Shown here: piece by piece, positions 26,690-39,000 of the stretch | Layout: each line of letters begins with the position of its first letter | Numbering within the stretch: position 1 is the stretch's first letter | Assembly: GCA_965235115.1 (NCBI GenBank) | Contig: OZ249445.1 | Span: 11,222,001 to 11,286,000, forward strand | Source: Laetmonice hystrix | Taxonomy: Eukaryota | Direction of reading: 5' to 3' | DNA length: 64,000 bases | Notes under the pieces: generated by a model | What the model was told of the DNA's origin: nothing | The model's input: the letters and a program-made list of their open reading frames with translations, nothing else | Database searches by the model: none | Translations under genes and position numbers: made by a program

Positions 26690-27070
26690 AGTGCATTGAC
26701 CAACACCAACATGTTTAATTCTACCTTTATTGCCACACGAAGGCAGATGCTACATTGGACAAACACCTACATACACTTTAATTCTGTCTTGATTGTGGAA
26801 AAATACGCATATAATATTTGATTGTGCCTTAATTGTGACATTTAGGGATGATGTATTGGACCAAGATTCACATGCAGTTCGATTCTGCCTTAAATGTTAT
26901 ATTAAGGTGATGCTATATTGGACAGACACTCGCATATACATGTAGACAAATGTAGTTTGATTCTGACTTGCCTGTCACACTGGGGGAGCTGCTACATTGG
27001 GCTAACCCCACCTTCACTTTGATTCTACCTTGAATATCACGTTGGGCGAGCTGCCACACTGTGCCAACAC
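26690..27070. repeat. Old degenerate tandem repeat (unit ~60-100 bp)
   Basis: GMTGCTAYATTGGRC-like blocks at 26746, 26847, 26909 and 26988. TTRATTCTRCCTT-like blocks at about 26715, 26778, 26817, 26879, 26958 and 27020. Confidence 0.6.
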
Positions 27071-27367
27071 ACACTTAGGCCGTTCGAACAGCACCACCTA
27101 TCAGCCTGATCTGATGATCAGTGAATCCCCACAATGACGCCTGCGATCCATGGGGTCTGCCATCAATGCCCTGCTCACTATAGATCATGTCTTATCACGC
27201 TCACAGAATCCCCACATCTCATTTGCAGAAAGACTTTTCCATTAAATTAATTTCACGTGAAATTAATTTGCTCGGGGTATCTGACGTTGAATATCATTTG
27301 CCTGCGCTTAGTACAAAGTAGGTCTAATAGGATTTACATGTTGGCCGGATGATTGGCTTAAAACAGA

Positions 27368-27381
27368 GTGCCCCCTAGTGG
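27368..27381 (-). promoter_or_regulatory. CTCF core motif match
   Basis: Reverse complement CCACTAGGGGGCAC matches CCASYAGRKGGCRS exactly. Confidence 0.55.
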
Positions 27382-29480
27382 ACATATTAAGTCAATGGCG
27401 TCCTCTTGTGCTCTGTTTCTGCTGAGATTGCTATAGCCATAGGGTCATATATTAATGGTAGGACGTTGTCTCCTACGTGGCTGCCTGCCGATCGCTTTAT
27501 TTGCAGCCGAATAATGAACACTCCCCAAGTGTGCAGTGTAATTTTTGCTCTCCCGGTTTTCATTTGCTTTATGTGAAGTGATGGATGCCTTGCTTCTCCC
27601 CAGACCCCAGCGTCAAGAGCCCCGAGATGTTGCCACATAATTACGCATACTGAGCATAATATTTGTGAACAAACAATTTTTACCGCCTTTGTCCGTGTGA
27701 GAAGATAGAAATAACAACAGAAGAAAGAATTTGTTTCATGCCCTTCATTTTCATGTTGTTTGCAATGCCATGAAATCATATAAAAAGTATTTGAGCAACT
27801 AGAAAGAGATGAGTTTTCCTGATGAAAAATTGAAGACGTGCAAAGATAAAGTAAGACGTGAAGTGCGTGGTGCGGAGGTTGATATTTGGGCGAGGATGGG
27901 GGTAGCCCCCCTGAGTCCTTGGTGGCGTATGACTACGAAAGGCTGTACGTCGGATAATGAGCCCCGAGACCACAGCCAGCCAACCGCTGAGTTCTGAGAG
28001 TTCAGGGACAATCAGCATGATGGCTGCTATTATGGCTAATGGAAAGTTTACCATTGCGATTGGATTGGAGGCGGTGGTAATGAGGCAGGCAGGCAAGCCT
28101 CAAGTAGGGCTGGGAGTGGACATTTACATAGAGATGGTACTGACATGGTAGGCTTTGTACTCCTCCTGATTGGCTTGGGTGCTCTGGGCTGGAACGGCAG
28201 GGGCCCCGGCTGAATCGGCCCTTGTTGTTCGTCATCCAGATCGCGCCCATTGATTCCTCCGAAATGACGCACTGCCGTGTGAGGAAAAGCTCGCCAATTA
28301 CTGATCAGCAAAGGCTTCCTACAACGGATGACGTGTGTTTCATTTGTTTCCTACCATTTTGGCGCTTGGTCGTTGATATACGCTCCTGACACCTCGTGTA
28401 CGCTGACGGAAGTGAGGACCTCCAATTAATAGATCACAGGGAGGAGACAGAGTGTGTGACAGACCTCTTCAATGAGATACTTAAGTTCTGTAAGTTTGTT
28501 CGGTCAAATTGTTGGAGATTACCTCGTCTCATCGTGAATCGTGACCGTCCAAGGTAAAAACTTGCCATCAGGTATCATAATGTTCAACAACGATTTAATT
28601 TAAATCTAATCAAGAAACTATTGTCACTTCTGAATAACAGCTCAAGACATCTTCCATGTAGATCCCCCAAGAGGTTACATTGAAGTGAAATGACATTATT
28701 AGACTGGATGAACAAACGTTGTTCCCCTAGAAATAGATGACATGACGACGTAATGGTAGGACTTCAGGGGCAGATGTTGCATTTCCTGAATGGTGCATTT
28801 TGAATGACCCTTTCGATGATAGGATAGGGTCATGAGACCTGTCAAAAAAACATTGCTTAGAAAACAGAGACTGTAATCTGTAGATAATTAAGTTTGTTCC
28901 TATCACTTAATACATCTTGAATGGACTGATTTGTATTGCTTGATCCGCAGGGATCAATACAATGGACGGAAGACATTGATCCTTTTACCGGGCACACTTG
29001 TATGATTCCCATGCTAGTGCATATCGCAATACTTGCAGCTGGTTAATTGCTAAGTTGTGCTGGCTAAATGGAAATCTCAGTGAATAGCAGCTGTATTGCA
29101 AGAGGAAGTGTTACTTGGAGACATGTGTGTCCTGCATCCAGTGGCAGTTGGTTCACCAAGCAAGACACCAAATTCCAGCTTGTTTTAGGTTGAAAAAATA
29201 ACTTAGAAGTTCGAGAGAATGTCAAGAGTACAAAATACATGAAGTATCAATTAGAACTGCATAACAGCTTGTGGTTGGTTACTGTGAAGGGTGTTAATGC
29301 ATATCGGTGAGTGCTTTAAACTAATATTCCTAGAATCCGGCCTCATAGTTTTGATGTTAATACTCATGCTCAAAGCCCTGCTGGACATAGACACATACAA
29401 AGTCTCAATCCAAGGCCATAGCCTGGCCCAATGTGTAAATGTTGATTTACACATTGATTCATAAAAAAAGCTAGAAATCT

Positions 29481-29533
29481 CAGGGGGCAGCTGCCCCCCT
29501 TGCGCCCCCCCCCCCCGGCAGGCTGCGGCACTG
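29481..29533 (-). mobile_element. Terminal fragment of a hAT-like MITE
   Basis: Reverse complement reads CAGTGCCGCAGCCTGCC-G12-CGCAAGGGGGGCAGCTGCCCCCTG, the CAGTG..GGGGGCAGCTGCCCCC style terminus I associate with such MITEs. The other end was not found. Confidence 0.4.
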
Positions 29534-32500
29534 CAATCCGTTACTCTGATGAGATATGCAAATTCATGACTGTGGTACATTTAGGCCGTCAGGTTCCCTT
29601 GGTTCTCGATGCGTCCTTACTAACTAACCGTACAAGAAACCCTACTTTTACAATACTACTTAATCCCGCAATGCGCTATGTGTGCTAAACTCTGGATACC
29701 TCTGAACACTGGGAATACAGGGACAGGTAGGTTTATCCTGTATATTTGTCCAGATCATATTATAACCAAAATGTAGGATCATAAAATTGTTCTTCATCAC
29801 CCTCTTTACTGCTATGTTAGTCTGCCGAGGAAGGCGACGCCATTTTGGGCCTGTCCATCGCCGATAGTGGCATCACCTAGCTGGACCAATTAGAGGCAAC
29901 CTTTCGGGGCCAGCCGATGGCGCTCATTAGGTGCAAGGATCATCGAGTGATCACTCATTCATCCCACAGAGAAGATGGCCACAAGATATTCCTGCTAGGT
30001 TGGGGGATAGAAAAAATCCATAGTCTTTCACTTGTTTGAGAAGTTTGAATTGACTGCACCGAGAAACGAGTACGTCCGATTATGTACAGTAATAGTATCT
30101 ATAACGGGACCCATGACAGGTCCCAGGAGAAAAGTTAGTACAAGTTTTGTGTAGACCAAGTTTTCCCTTTCTTTTGAAAGTGATGTTTTGACAGGAAGCG
30201 CTGGCAAAGCTTTTAAAGATCAGATAACTTTAAATACATATGCATAGACGCCCAAGATATACCACATAATTAAGTCGTTGAGTGTCTGAAGGACAACCTA
30301 GCTAGTGCAAAATTAGAAGAACTGCGACAATTCTGTTTCTGTTATGAAAATAAATCATTCTACAGTGATGGGTAATGAGATAGCATGATCCTTGTTAAAG
30401 GTATATGGGTTTCTGTCATGACGATGTGTAAACAGTTGTATAAGACATCTCGTCACGTTTGTAATATGTATGTATGAAAGTCATTGATTTCCTATGTATG
30501 ATAGATAGACAGATTTCTATTCATAATGTAAAGAAACGTGTATTATATTTTTTAAGTCTTCTATCAACGTTATTAATTCATGGTTATAAATTTCCATCTT
30601 TTGTGCAGTCCTCTATGTAATATTAGAAAGTGTATTATAGTAATTTAAAGGCTTTGTCCATGTCATAAGCATCTCTCCTGCACGGAGAAAGTAAGTTATT
30701 AACCTTTTTATGGGGATGTGGAGGAAATAAAATAGGAAATTTGAGAGAGCCTTTTGAAAGAAGCCTCCATAGAAGACGAGTTATCTGTAGACATGGAGGT
30801 AGTGATCTCATTTATGGTGGTAGGTGATTCGGATGATTTGCTCGCTTTCTAGGATGGAAGACCCTTGCATGCCGCAAGGTTGTGTGTCTGCTTAATAGAA
30901 AATGAGACTTGCTGTATTAGTATGCATTGGCCACTCGAATGACTGCCTAATAACTCTGATCTAATCACTGCCAGCCTGCTCTATTCACAAGCCATAGTTT
31001 TAATTTCCCTTATATCTGATGAGGGAGCTCAAGAGACGTGCAACTTTCTGACGGATGCAAGTTTAGGGCATGCGTGTCACCTGCAATGGTGTGTGCATAC
31101 ATGGCGGCAGGCCGGCTAGTAATAGAGCTGGAATCACATTAACAAAAGGCAAACAGTAGTGGATCATCTTACCGTAAATTAATATTGGTTCATAAAAGGT
31201 TGCAAATTAAGCAGACAGGAGAGGGTGATTAATGTGACGGCTCTCCATGCCAACAACACTGATAGGATTGATCAGTGCGCGGCCACTGGCCACCGTAAAA
31301 CCGGGCCTCTCCGCCCACCCACCACCCTACTGACCACTCGGCACGCAACTCTTCAAGTCTCTATAAAGCCAGGCCAGAGACAGAAAATGAAAGCTGGCTC
31401 GAACACCACCATAGTACCAGGCCGTCCTGGAATTGGCATTTAACGGTGTTATGTCACTAACTGCATTACTAGGATTTACATCCCTGTTTCTCCTAAAGAG
31501 AGGTTTTTGTTTGATTTTAATGTCAACCTTTGGTGTTGTGTGTGGGAGTAATGACATGTAATTAAAACTAATGTGCTGAAATTAACGTGATCATAATCAG
31601 TTCGTATCTTCGAAATCTTCAGAGAAAGGAATCATTATAGTTTAATGTTCTTTTTCTGCTGGCATTTGCAGTACAGAAATTGTTCAACATACAAAAGAGT
31701 TGTGTGACGTTTTACTGTATCAGAAATAATATATTTCTCATATAATCTTTTTTTTTATATATAATTTAATGTCACAAACAAGAACACAAAATGGTTCTAA
31801 TAATACATAACGGCTGTTTCTACCTGTTTTGTGTGAGTGGAGAAAGATGATGCCAGATTTGAAGGTTTCTGATAATGTTTATGTAGAGAATTTACGGCCG
31901 GCTGCAGGGTGTGAGGCTGTTGATTGAGAGCGGTCCTGCACTAAATGATTAGCTGCTGTTTGTGTGGGTTATTTCGCTCCATGAATAGAGTATAATGTGA
32001 AAGCATGAGACCACGTGAAGAAGGCTTGCCATAGGATTGGGTCTACTTCAGCTCTGAGCTCCCCTTTTGAATGGGCCAATAATGGAGCCGGGTGCATCTT
32101 GGTTGACTCGGGAGCCTCAGCCATCCATCAGCTATAACAAATTCATTAGGGTGGTGATCGACAATGGGTGCTAGATTTGCCATCTTGTGATCAATGCCTG
32201 TCCATAATCATCGACTGACTACGACCGTCGTGTGTCCTCCGCCGCCGTCATTATTCTCCGATTATACTGCCATTCAGAGCCTATTGAAGGCTTCATTGTC
32301 CTTGCACACAATAAATCAACATGTAAATTATTTCAACACTGAGTGTGTGGATTTCAATAACAAATGCTGGTAATGATGGGTCTGGGGCTTTAGTAGAAAG
32401 TTAGGAAAATCCGTGCCAACGACAGGGCAGCCAATCAGAATGTGTCGAAGGAGGGGGTGGCGTCGGATTTGACAGCGAACATTGCACCGACCATTAACTC

Positions 32501-32699
32501 TTACCAAAAAAGGCGGCGACAAATTTGAGATTTTATTTCTGATTTCCCGATTTAAGCTGGTCCAAAAGTCAAATGAAAATATAGCCTGCATAGATGTAAT
32601 TCTGATAGTTGTTTTAAAAGACTGAGAATTGATTAAACGTCATGATGAAGCCTCAAAAAGGCGATTTTTATAGCCGTCCGAAGCTGATGCTCAGTCTTG

Positions 32700-32900
32700 C
32701 TGTGGGGTGTGAGCCAATGACAGGGGCTTTGTGTCGGCTCACAAAGGCAGAACAAAGTTAACTGAAATTACGCTCAGCTGCGGATTGGCCAGATTGACTG
32801 GCAGTGTGACGGTGGTGCTATCAGCGTATCGCACATTGCCAGCCGGCTGTATGCACACGGCCGCCGCCCGAGCTCGGCCCCTCTCTCTCTACTCTCACTT
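32700..32900 (+). promoter_or_regulatory. Putative alternative promoter (CCAAT boxes, CpG-rich, CT tract)
   Basis: AGCCAATGA (about 32712), GGATTGGCC (about 32782) and an upstream AGCCAATCA (about 32429). GC/CpG-rich stretch at 32840-32880 followed by a (CT)n tract, upstream of the ATG-containing donor at 33042. Confidence 0.35.
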
Positions 32901-33023
32901 CACCCAGTCTCCCGTGGTCGTACCTCCACCCGAGCCGAGTCACAAACTGGAACTGGCCTACTTTTACTGGTCTCCCCTCGTGGACACCATCAAACTAGGA
33001 TAGCACATCTTTATTCTGTCATC

Positions 33024-33042
33024 ATGACCAGAGGCTGCGAAG
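33024..33042 (+). CDS. Coding part of a putative alternative first exon, MTRGCE(G), phase 1; alternatively the end of a 135-nt cassette exon 32908-33042
   Basis: CATCATGACC start context and consensus donor AAG|GTAAGT at 33043. The same frame is open back to a pyrimidine-tract acceptor (..CTCTCACTTCACCCAG ending 32907), giving 135 nt, phase 1-1. Confidence 0.45.
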
Positions 33043-36000
33043 GTAAGTCTCACAGCGTTCTCACACCCATTCAAAATGGGCGTAGTTGTTAGCGGGACGG
33101 TTGCCATAGCAATGCCAATCGGTGTAAAGCATGCCATGTCATTGTATTTAAGCAAACATTTGACAGCATTAAATGTCTCCGATGGCAGTTTGGTTTCTAG
33201 GCACTGCATCAACAGAAGCAAACATGGTCCAGGCCTGTTTTTAAGGCTTTAAGTGACAAATTCGGCCGAATATTCCCATCAACAGTTTGTAATAAGAAGC
33301 TAGGGCTCATGGCCTTGAAAGATGTGTGCGGATGTTGTACCGTTACACCAGGGTTGGGCAGACCAAGGCTCCGGCTACCATCCAATCTCAGACGTACAAT
33401 AGAGCAGGAAAACTCTGGCAGAAACACTTTCTACATTCGCCAATCCTATATCTTGATGGGGTTTCAGTGTCGTTACCGCGACTTTGGATTAGATGGGCGT
33501 ATCCAGGGTAGTGCTCTATGGAGAATGAGTTGGCAGGTCCTCGCGCTCTCTAAATGATTCTCTAAATGGTAAAGCACTCAATATCCAAAATAGAATAATC
33601 GAAAATTGAATTTAAAAAAGTCCACACGAATGAGTCGTACGAGTAAGAATTTGGACAAGATGAGCATGAACTCTAGCTATAACTAAACACCTTTAATCAG
33701 GCCAGTCAAACAGGGGGGATGTTGTCTACCACTCCATAGGCATCTGAATTGTGATTTATTGAGAATTGTCTTCTCGCCTGTGTACGAGGAGTGAGATATA
33801 CGCAATAATTCTTACAATTAGGAAACAAGTAAGGATACACTAGACCAGATACAAACACCTAACTTCACCTGTCTAGGAACGTTAACCAACAGTAGACAGC
33901 TCTACACCAGTGGGTGGGGGGTTTTAAACAGTGCGAACCATGTAGAACATGACTCGACTTATGTAGACTGAGCATATCCTCTGGCCATCATGTAGCGCCA
34001 GTACTTCAGTGTAGCTCTTAGGTTCAAGTAGACAAAAGGACCATTCCTTGGACGGATCCCAACATCAGTTCTACTACATAAACCTTCTGGTTTTTTTACA
34101 GTGAAAAATAAACGGGGAGACAAATACAAGTTGGCACGTATAACGTAGGTGTAGAAAGCAGTAAATCGATTTGAAATTTTCTTACGTCAAACGGGGCTTG
34201 AATAATGACCAATGAATTATTGAAATTACTTCCTTATTAAAATACTCAACCAGGCATACAGATTTCAGATGTATATCTTTCGTATCATTCATCATCTCTT
34301 AGACTACCCTGAGGGAGGTTGTAAATGACGTTTTTCAACTCGATGACAAAGGAAATGTCAGTGACACACTTCAAAGGACATTTGACAGGGTATGAGTTAC
34401 CCAAACAACCCCCATAACTTTAAACAAATTTCTGACTGCAATCGTTCAATGATAGCCACTCTAGGTAGAGTTACAAAGGCAGGCACCCGTGGCCATCACA
34501 CCATCTACCCACCAGCCACACAATCACAACTGACAGCACACTAGTTACCCCGCCCATTTCCGCCCTACGACAGACAAAAGACTGGGTCCATTTTGACAGT
34601 CTCTCTTACAGACCAATTTTCCTCACTTGCCCTGGGGCTACACAAAAACCCCAGGAGTCGTGACCCCCCACCCCCAGTCTGAGCCTCTTTCAAGCATTGG
34701 TGGGTGGGTAGTATCTTTGTTGGGTTTCAAGCAGGTGACTCGAGTAGAAATGAGCAGTAATTATGTTTACATTCCAAATGAATCGTTTGTGGTTGTTTAG
34801 GGTCGACGTTTGTCTGTTATTCGTCACATGGAGACACCCAGTCTGCCCATGTAATTAGTAGGACTGACCATGATGACGTCGGTAAATCGAAGCGGTTCAC
34901 TGGGTCCAGACTGCAAGGACATTGATTGTTTTATTAGTTTATTGCTGTATAAATGGTAGAAGGGATAGACGAGATGATAGGTTGAAGACAGAGTAGTTGG
35001 TTTGAGATGGAGAGGGCGGATTGAACTCAGAATGTTGAAGATATGAGTACACGGTCGACGTTCGCAAGCCATCAAGAGAAATCGGCCCTTTCGACTGAGG
35101 AACAAGGTATCTGAATGTGCCCTGAGCCTACTGCTGGGAAATCAGATAATGTAACTGTGCCCATTTTATGCTGATATCCTTCTTTGTTTAAGTTGTTGCT
35201 GAGGCTGTTTTCATATCCATGATGAAAGCTAAAGGCCGTGGGCCATGTAAGCTAACTCCCGGAGTTATGGGAAACTGGCCATATGAGCAGCCGGTATAAT
35301 GACTACTATGTTTTCCAATGAATTGATCAGATGCCTGATAGTGGACTGATAAACGGAATGTAATTATTATTTCATACACTAATAGAAGAAACACAATAGG
35401 CTAGGAAATTAGAACATATGGCAATGAAAACAAGGAAGGCGAAATAACTCATAAAGTACATTTGTATTTTAGGTCGCAACCTTACGAGTTCACAACGCGA
35501 CAGAAACTTTATTAGAATGTCTCTGGCTTCAGACAGGCCAGGAAGGATGGAGCCTTGGCATAGTTTACCTATTCGGAGCTAACTAGATCTATTAGATCCC
35601 TCTATCGGAGATCGGAAATGAATGTCTCAGACATGTGATGTTGTTACACAACAAATAACAGAGTTATGTCACAAACGTCATAAATCCCTGGAGCACATCT
35701 TGGTCATTTTCAGTCGGCTGTATTTCAGCCATGTGTGAAATATAGACAGGCCCGTGGGGGTTGGCCTATCAATATTCCCATTTCCTGTCGGCTGACGTTG
35801 ACTGGAATTGTGTATTTGCCCAAGGTGATATAATGGAAGACGCTCTATGTGCAGTTAAGTCTGGATGCGGTAAAAAAAATATCATATCTACTTAGAGAAT
35901 CGTCTTTCTTTCTGAATCTATTGTGCCATCAAAGGACTGAGCTGAGGATTAAGTGACCAGCCCTGACTAACTGACAAAATGTCTAGTCCATCAGATTGTT

Positions 36001-39000
36001 AGCTTTGAACTGACGCTCTCCCATAATAGAGTGTGATATGGTGTTCTCTTAGACATCTATATGGGCTGACACTTTAAGTTGTTAGGCCTCCTCTAAGCTA
36101 ACGATGTTTATTTTCTTCTTTTTACGTAATTTATGTGATCATTATTCTGAAGGAACAAAATGTCACTTACGTCCCCTTTCCATGTACTACTCATTAGATT
36201 ACTTCAGCACCTTGGGCTGAAAGGCGATGAGACGATCATTGCAGACAGATGATGTTTACATGTTCTAGGTCCTTTCAAAGGTACGACATGTTAAACTGAC
36301 AACAAAAAGTACCAAATATAACGCGGTACTGGTTATCTATAAGGTAGGTTACCACCTACAAACCTATAAAACGTTGGGCACATATAGTGATAAAAAAACG
36401 ATTATAATATAGAAGATTGTTTCCATCTACTTCTTGGTATAAATGAGACAACATGGCATGTTATAAATGTTACATATTCTATATCTACAGAACGGAAGAA
36501 TTCCATCAGTTTATAAAGCGCGTAGCAAAAATCTAAGAACCCAGATGACCAAAATTGTAAGCTCATTAAAATATTATTAATAAAAAGATTGTAATTGCAT
36601 GACGACTACGAGACACGGAGCCAGGCACAGAGACAATGAGATGGATACATCAACCCGATGTTAATTGTCTTCCTCCTCATTTGTGTGGATCGAGTTCCCA
36701 GTTAGAGGCCATGTAACTGAATCTCTTCTGATTGTCAGTGACAAGGGGCTTGTCAAACATGAAAGCTTACGATGGGGATGGGAGGACGCATGGTTTGAAT
36801 ATCATCCAATTACAATAATAGATTCAGGCCCAGATAACAAAACTCACATTCAATTACAAATGCATTACACACATAGTTTTAAAATTTTAAAAGTTTTCCT
36901 GAAGTAATCAAAAATGAGCAGGATAATTGAGACGGCAGATGGCTTGGCTCACACCGTCACATGATTACGGACATGATGGGAATATGTAGGAAGCAGTGTG
37001 TGAAATTAACTTGTTGCTGTTTTTACGGGAAAATTAATGAGAAATGGTGATTGTAGGAGCTGCATTTAATTGGGAGCTTTTCGGGACTAGGTGGATCTGG
37101 CACCCAGCACAGAAATTGTGACCATTAATGTGAGTCATGTTATAGTGGATAAGCCGTCGGAGTGTCTCGGCCATGTCAATAAATACACCGTTCAGGGGCG
37201 TTATACAGTGGTGCTCATAGAATATTTTCAATATCCTGTCATTTTCTTATATCCTATCACAGGTGGCTGTTAGATCTGTGAAAGTATCACTTACATAATG
37301 TTGAGTAGGTTTGGCAGTGATGCATATGAAGACGTTTCAGTGACGTTAATTAGGGTAGCGTAGGGGTTTGAACTGGTTTCCACACATAAGAGTGTCAGTG
37401 ACAGTAACACGGACTCATCAATAAAAATGTTAGCATCCACTCAGAAACTATAAGGCGACACTAAATCTATGCTTTTGTGTCTAAAATAGTCTCTAATCCA
37501 ATCGTCATTATATTTTTGAAATCAAGAACATTTTTGACGAAGGGAGACTCTTTTTTAAAACATGATTTCATTATGTCTGGAAATTAAACGTCTCATTTTT
37601 TTCAAAGTAATTAAATGAGAAATCAGGACTGCTGTGAAATATCGTTCGTTAGTGGAGCAGTTCTTTGTGCTTTTACAATAGCTACTTATGCTGTTATAAT
37701 TATATCAAATCTTCATGAAGTAACTTTAATATCCACTTCAATTTACTACGATAGCAATGACTTTCAAGTCATTAAAGCAGCTTTCAGAGTGGTCATGACT
37801 TCTATACAGTTCGGCGCTTCTCGTGGGATTAGAGTGAGCTGTGAAAAATATGATATTGCCACATGAAAGAATGGGAATTCAGAGGGAGTTGACAGCCTGG
37901 GCTCTCTTGTGAACTACGTAGAACTCAGAAAATAAATTAGAGGGATAAAAAAAGTAACAAGTATTATATCATAGGTCTTATCTGTTTCGCTTGAAGCTTT
38001 AGCTCAACTTTGTTTTGTGTTTATGTGTGTGTCAGCAGAAGATGTCTATGTAGTAGAAATGAATATGGAAATTTAACGATAGTTTCACCATTATTAGCTT
38101 ACAGGTAAATTAAAGTCATTTTATATACCTGTCTTGTGTACATCAGTTCATATTCATAACATCATTTCTGTAATAATAGGCCAATGTGGGCTTAAAATCA
38201 CATAGCAAGTAAATTTGATATTTAGCATATAAATAGCATATAAAATGAAATTCAAAGAAAAACAAGAGGAAAAGTGTAAGTTTAAGCAATGAGTATTTCT
38301 AGTATTATAGAACTACATTTAAAAGTAAGTTATTTGTATCTTCATTGATATCCTATCTGATCATTTCTTGTACATGTTTAACGGGGCTCTGTGTTTGAAA
38401 GCAAGTATCTGATATTTTGCGTCAGTTGAGACATTGACGTAAAGGAGAACGGGTCAATGAAGTTTGTTTCGTTTTCATTGCGTCGAGAACGATAGTGAAA
38501 ACAGGCGAGAATCATCCAGCAGTTAAAAATCTGTCTTTTTTTTCAGATTTTCCCTAAGTATTGAATTGCGAATTTAAATGGAATCTCCAAACCCTGCCGG
38601 TTCTCTGGGTTCCCCAGAGGTGCGAGTTGTATTAGGAGGCAGCAATTAGACAGAGGGGAAGTGCAGATACCACTGGGCTGTCACTTACCCACAGCACGCC
38701 AGATTCCGGCATCAAGGTGGACCCATCCATTGAGCCTGCTCTCCCTGCAAGTATTGTCTAATGACTGCAAGACAATGTCATTAGGTTCCGACTGGAGGGG
38801 TAAATACAACCCTCGTGGGAAGCCTCTCAAATTGGGACCCGCACCCCAGCAGCTTCCATCTTCCTGGGGGTGGCCTTCTATTGGATTCAGTGCGAGCTTC
38901 ATTACAGTAATAATGTGGCTTGTTGTACGCGGTCATAAATCTCAAGTTTCCTGCTCAAGTCAACTTGCTGGGTGTGTCTGGGAGACGGCGTAGGACGACT

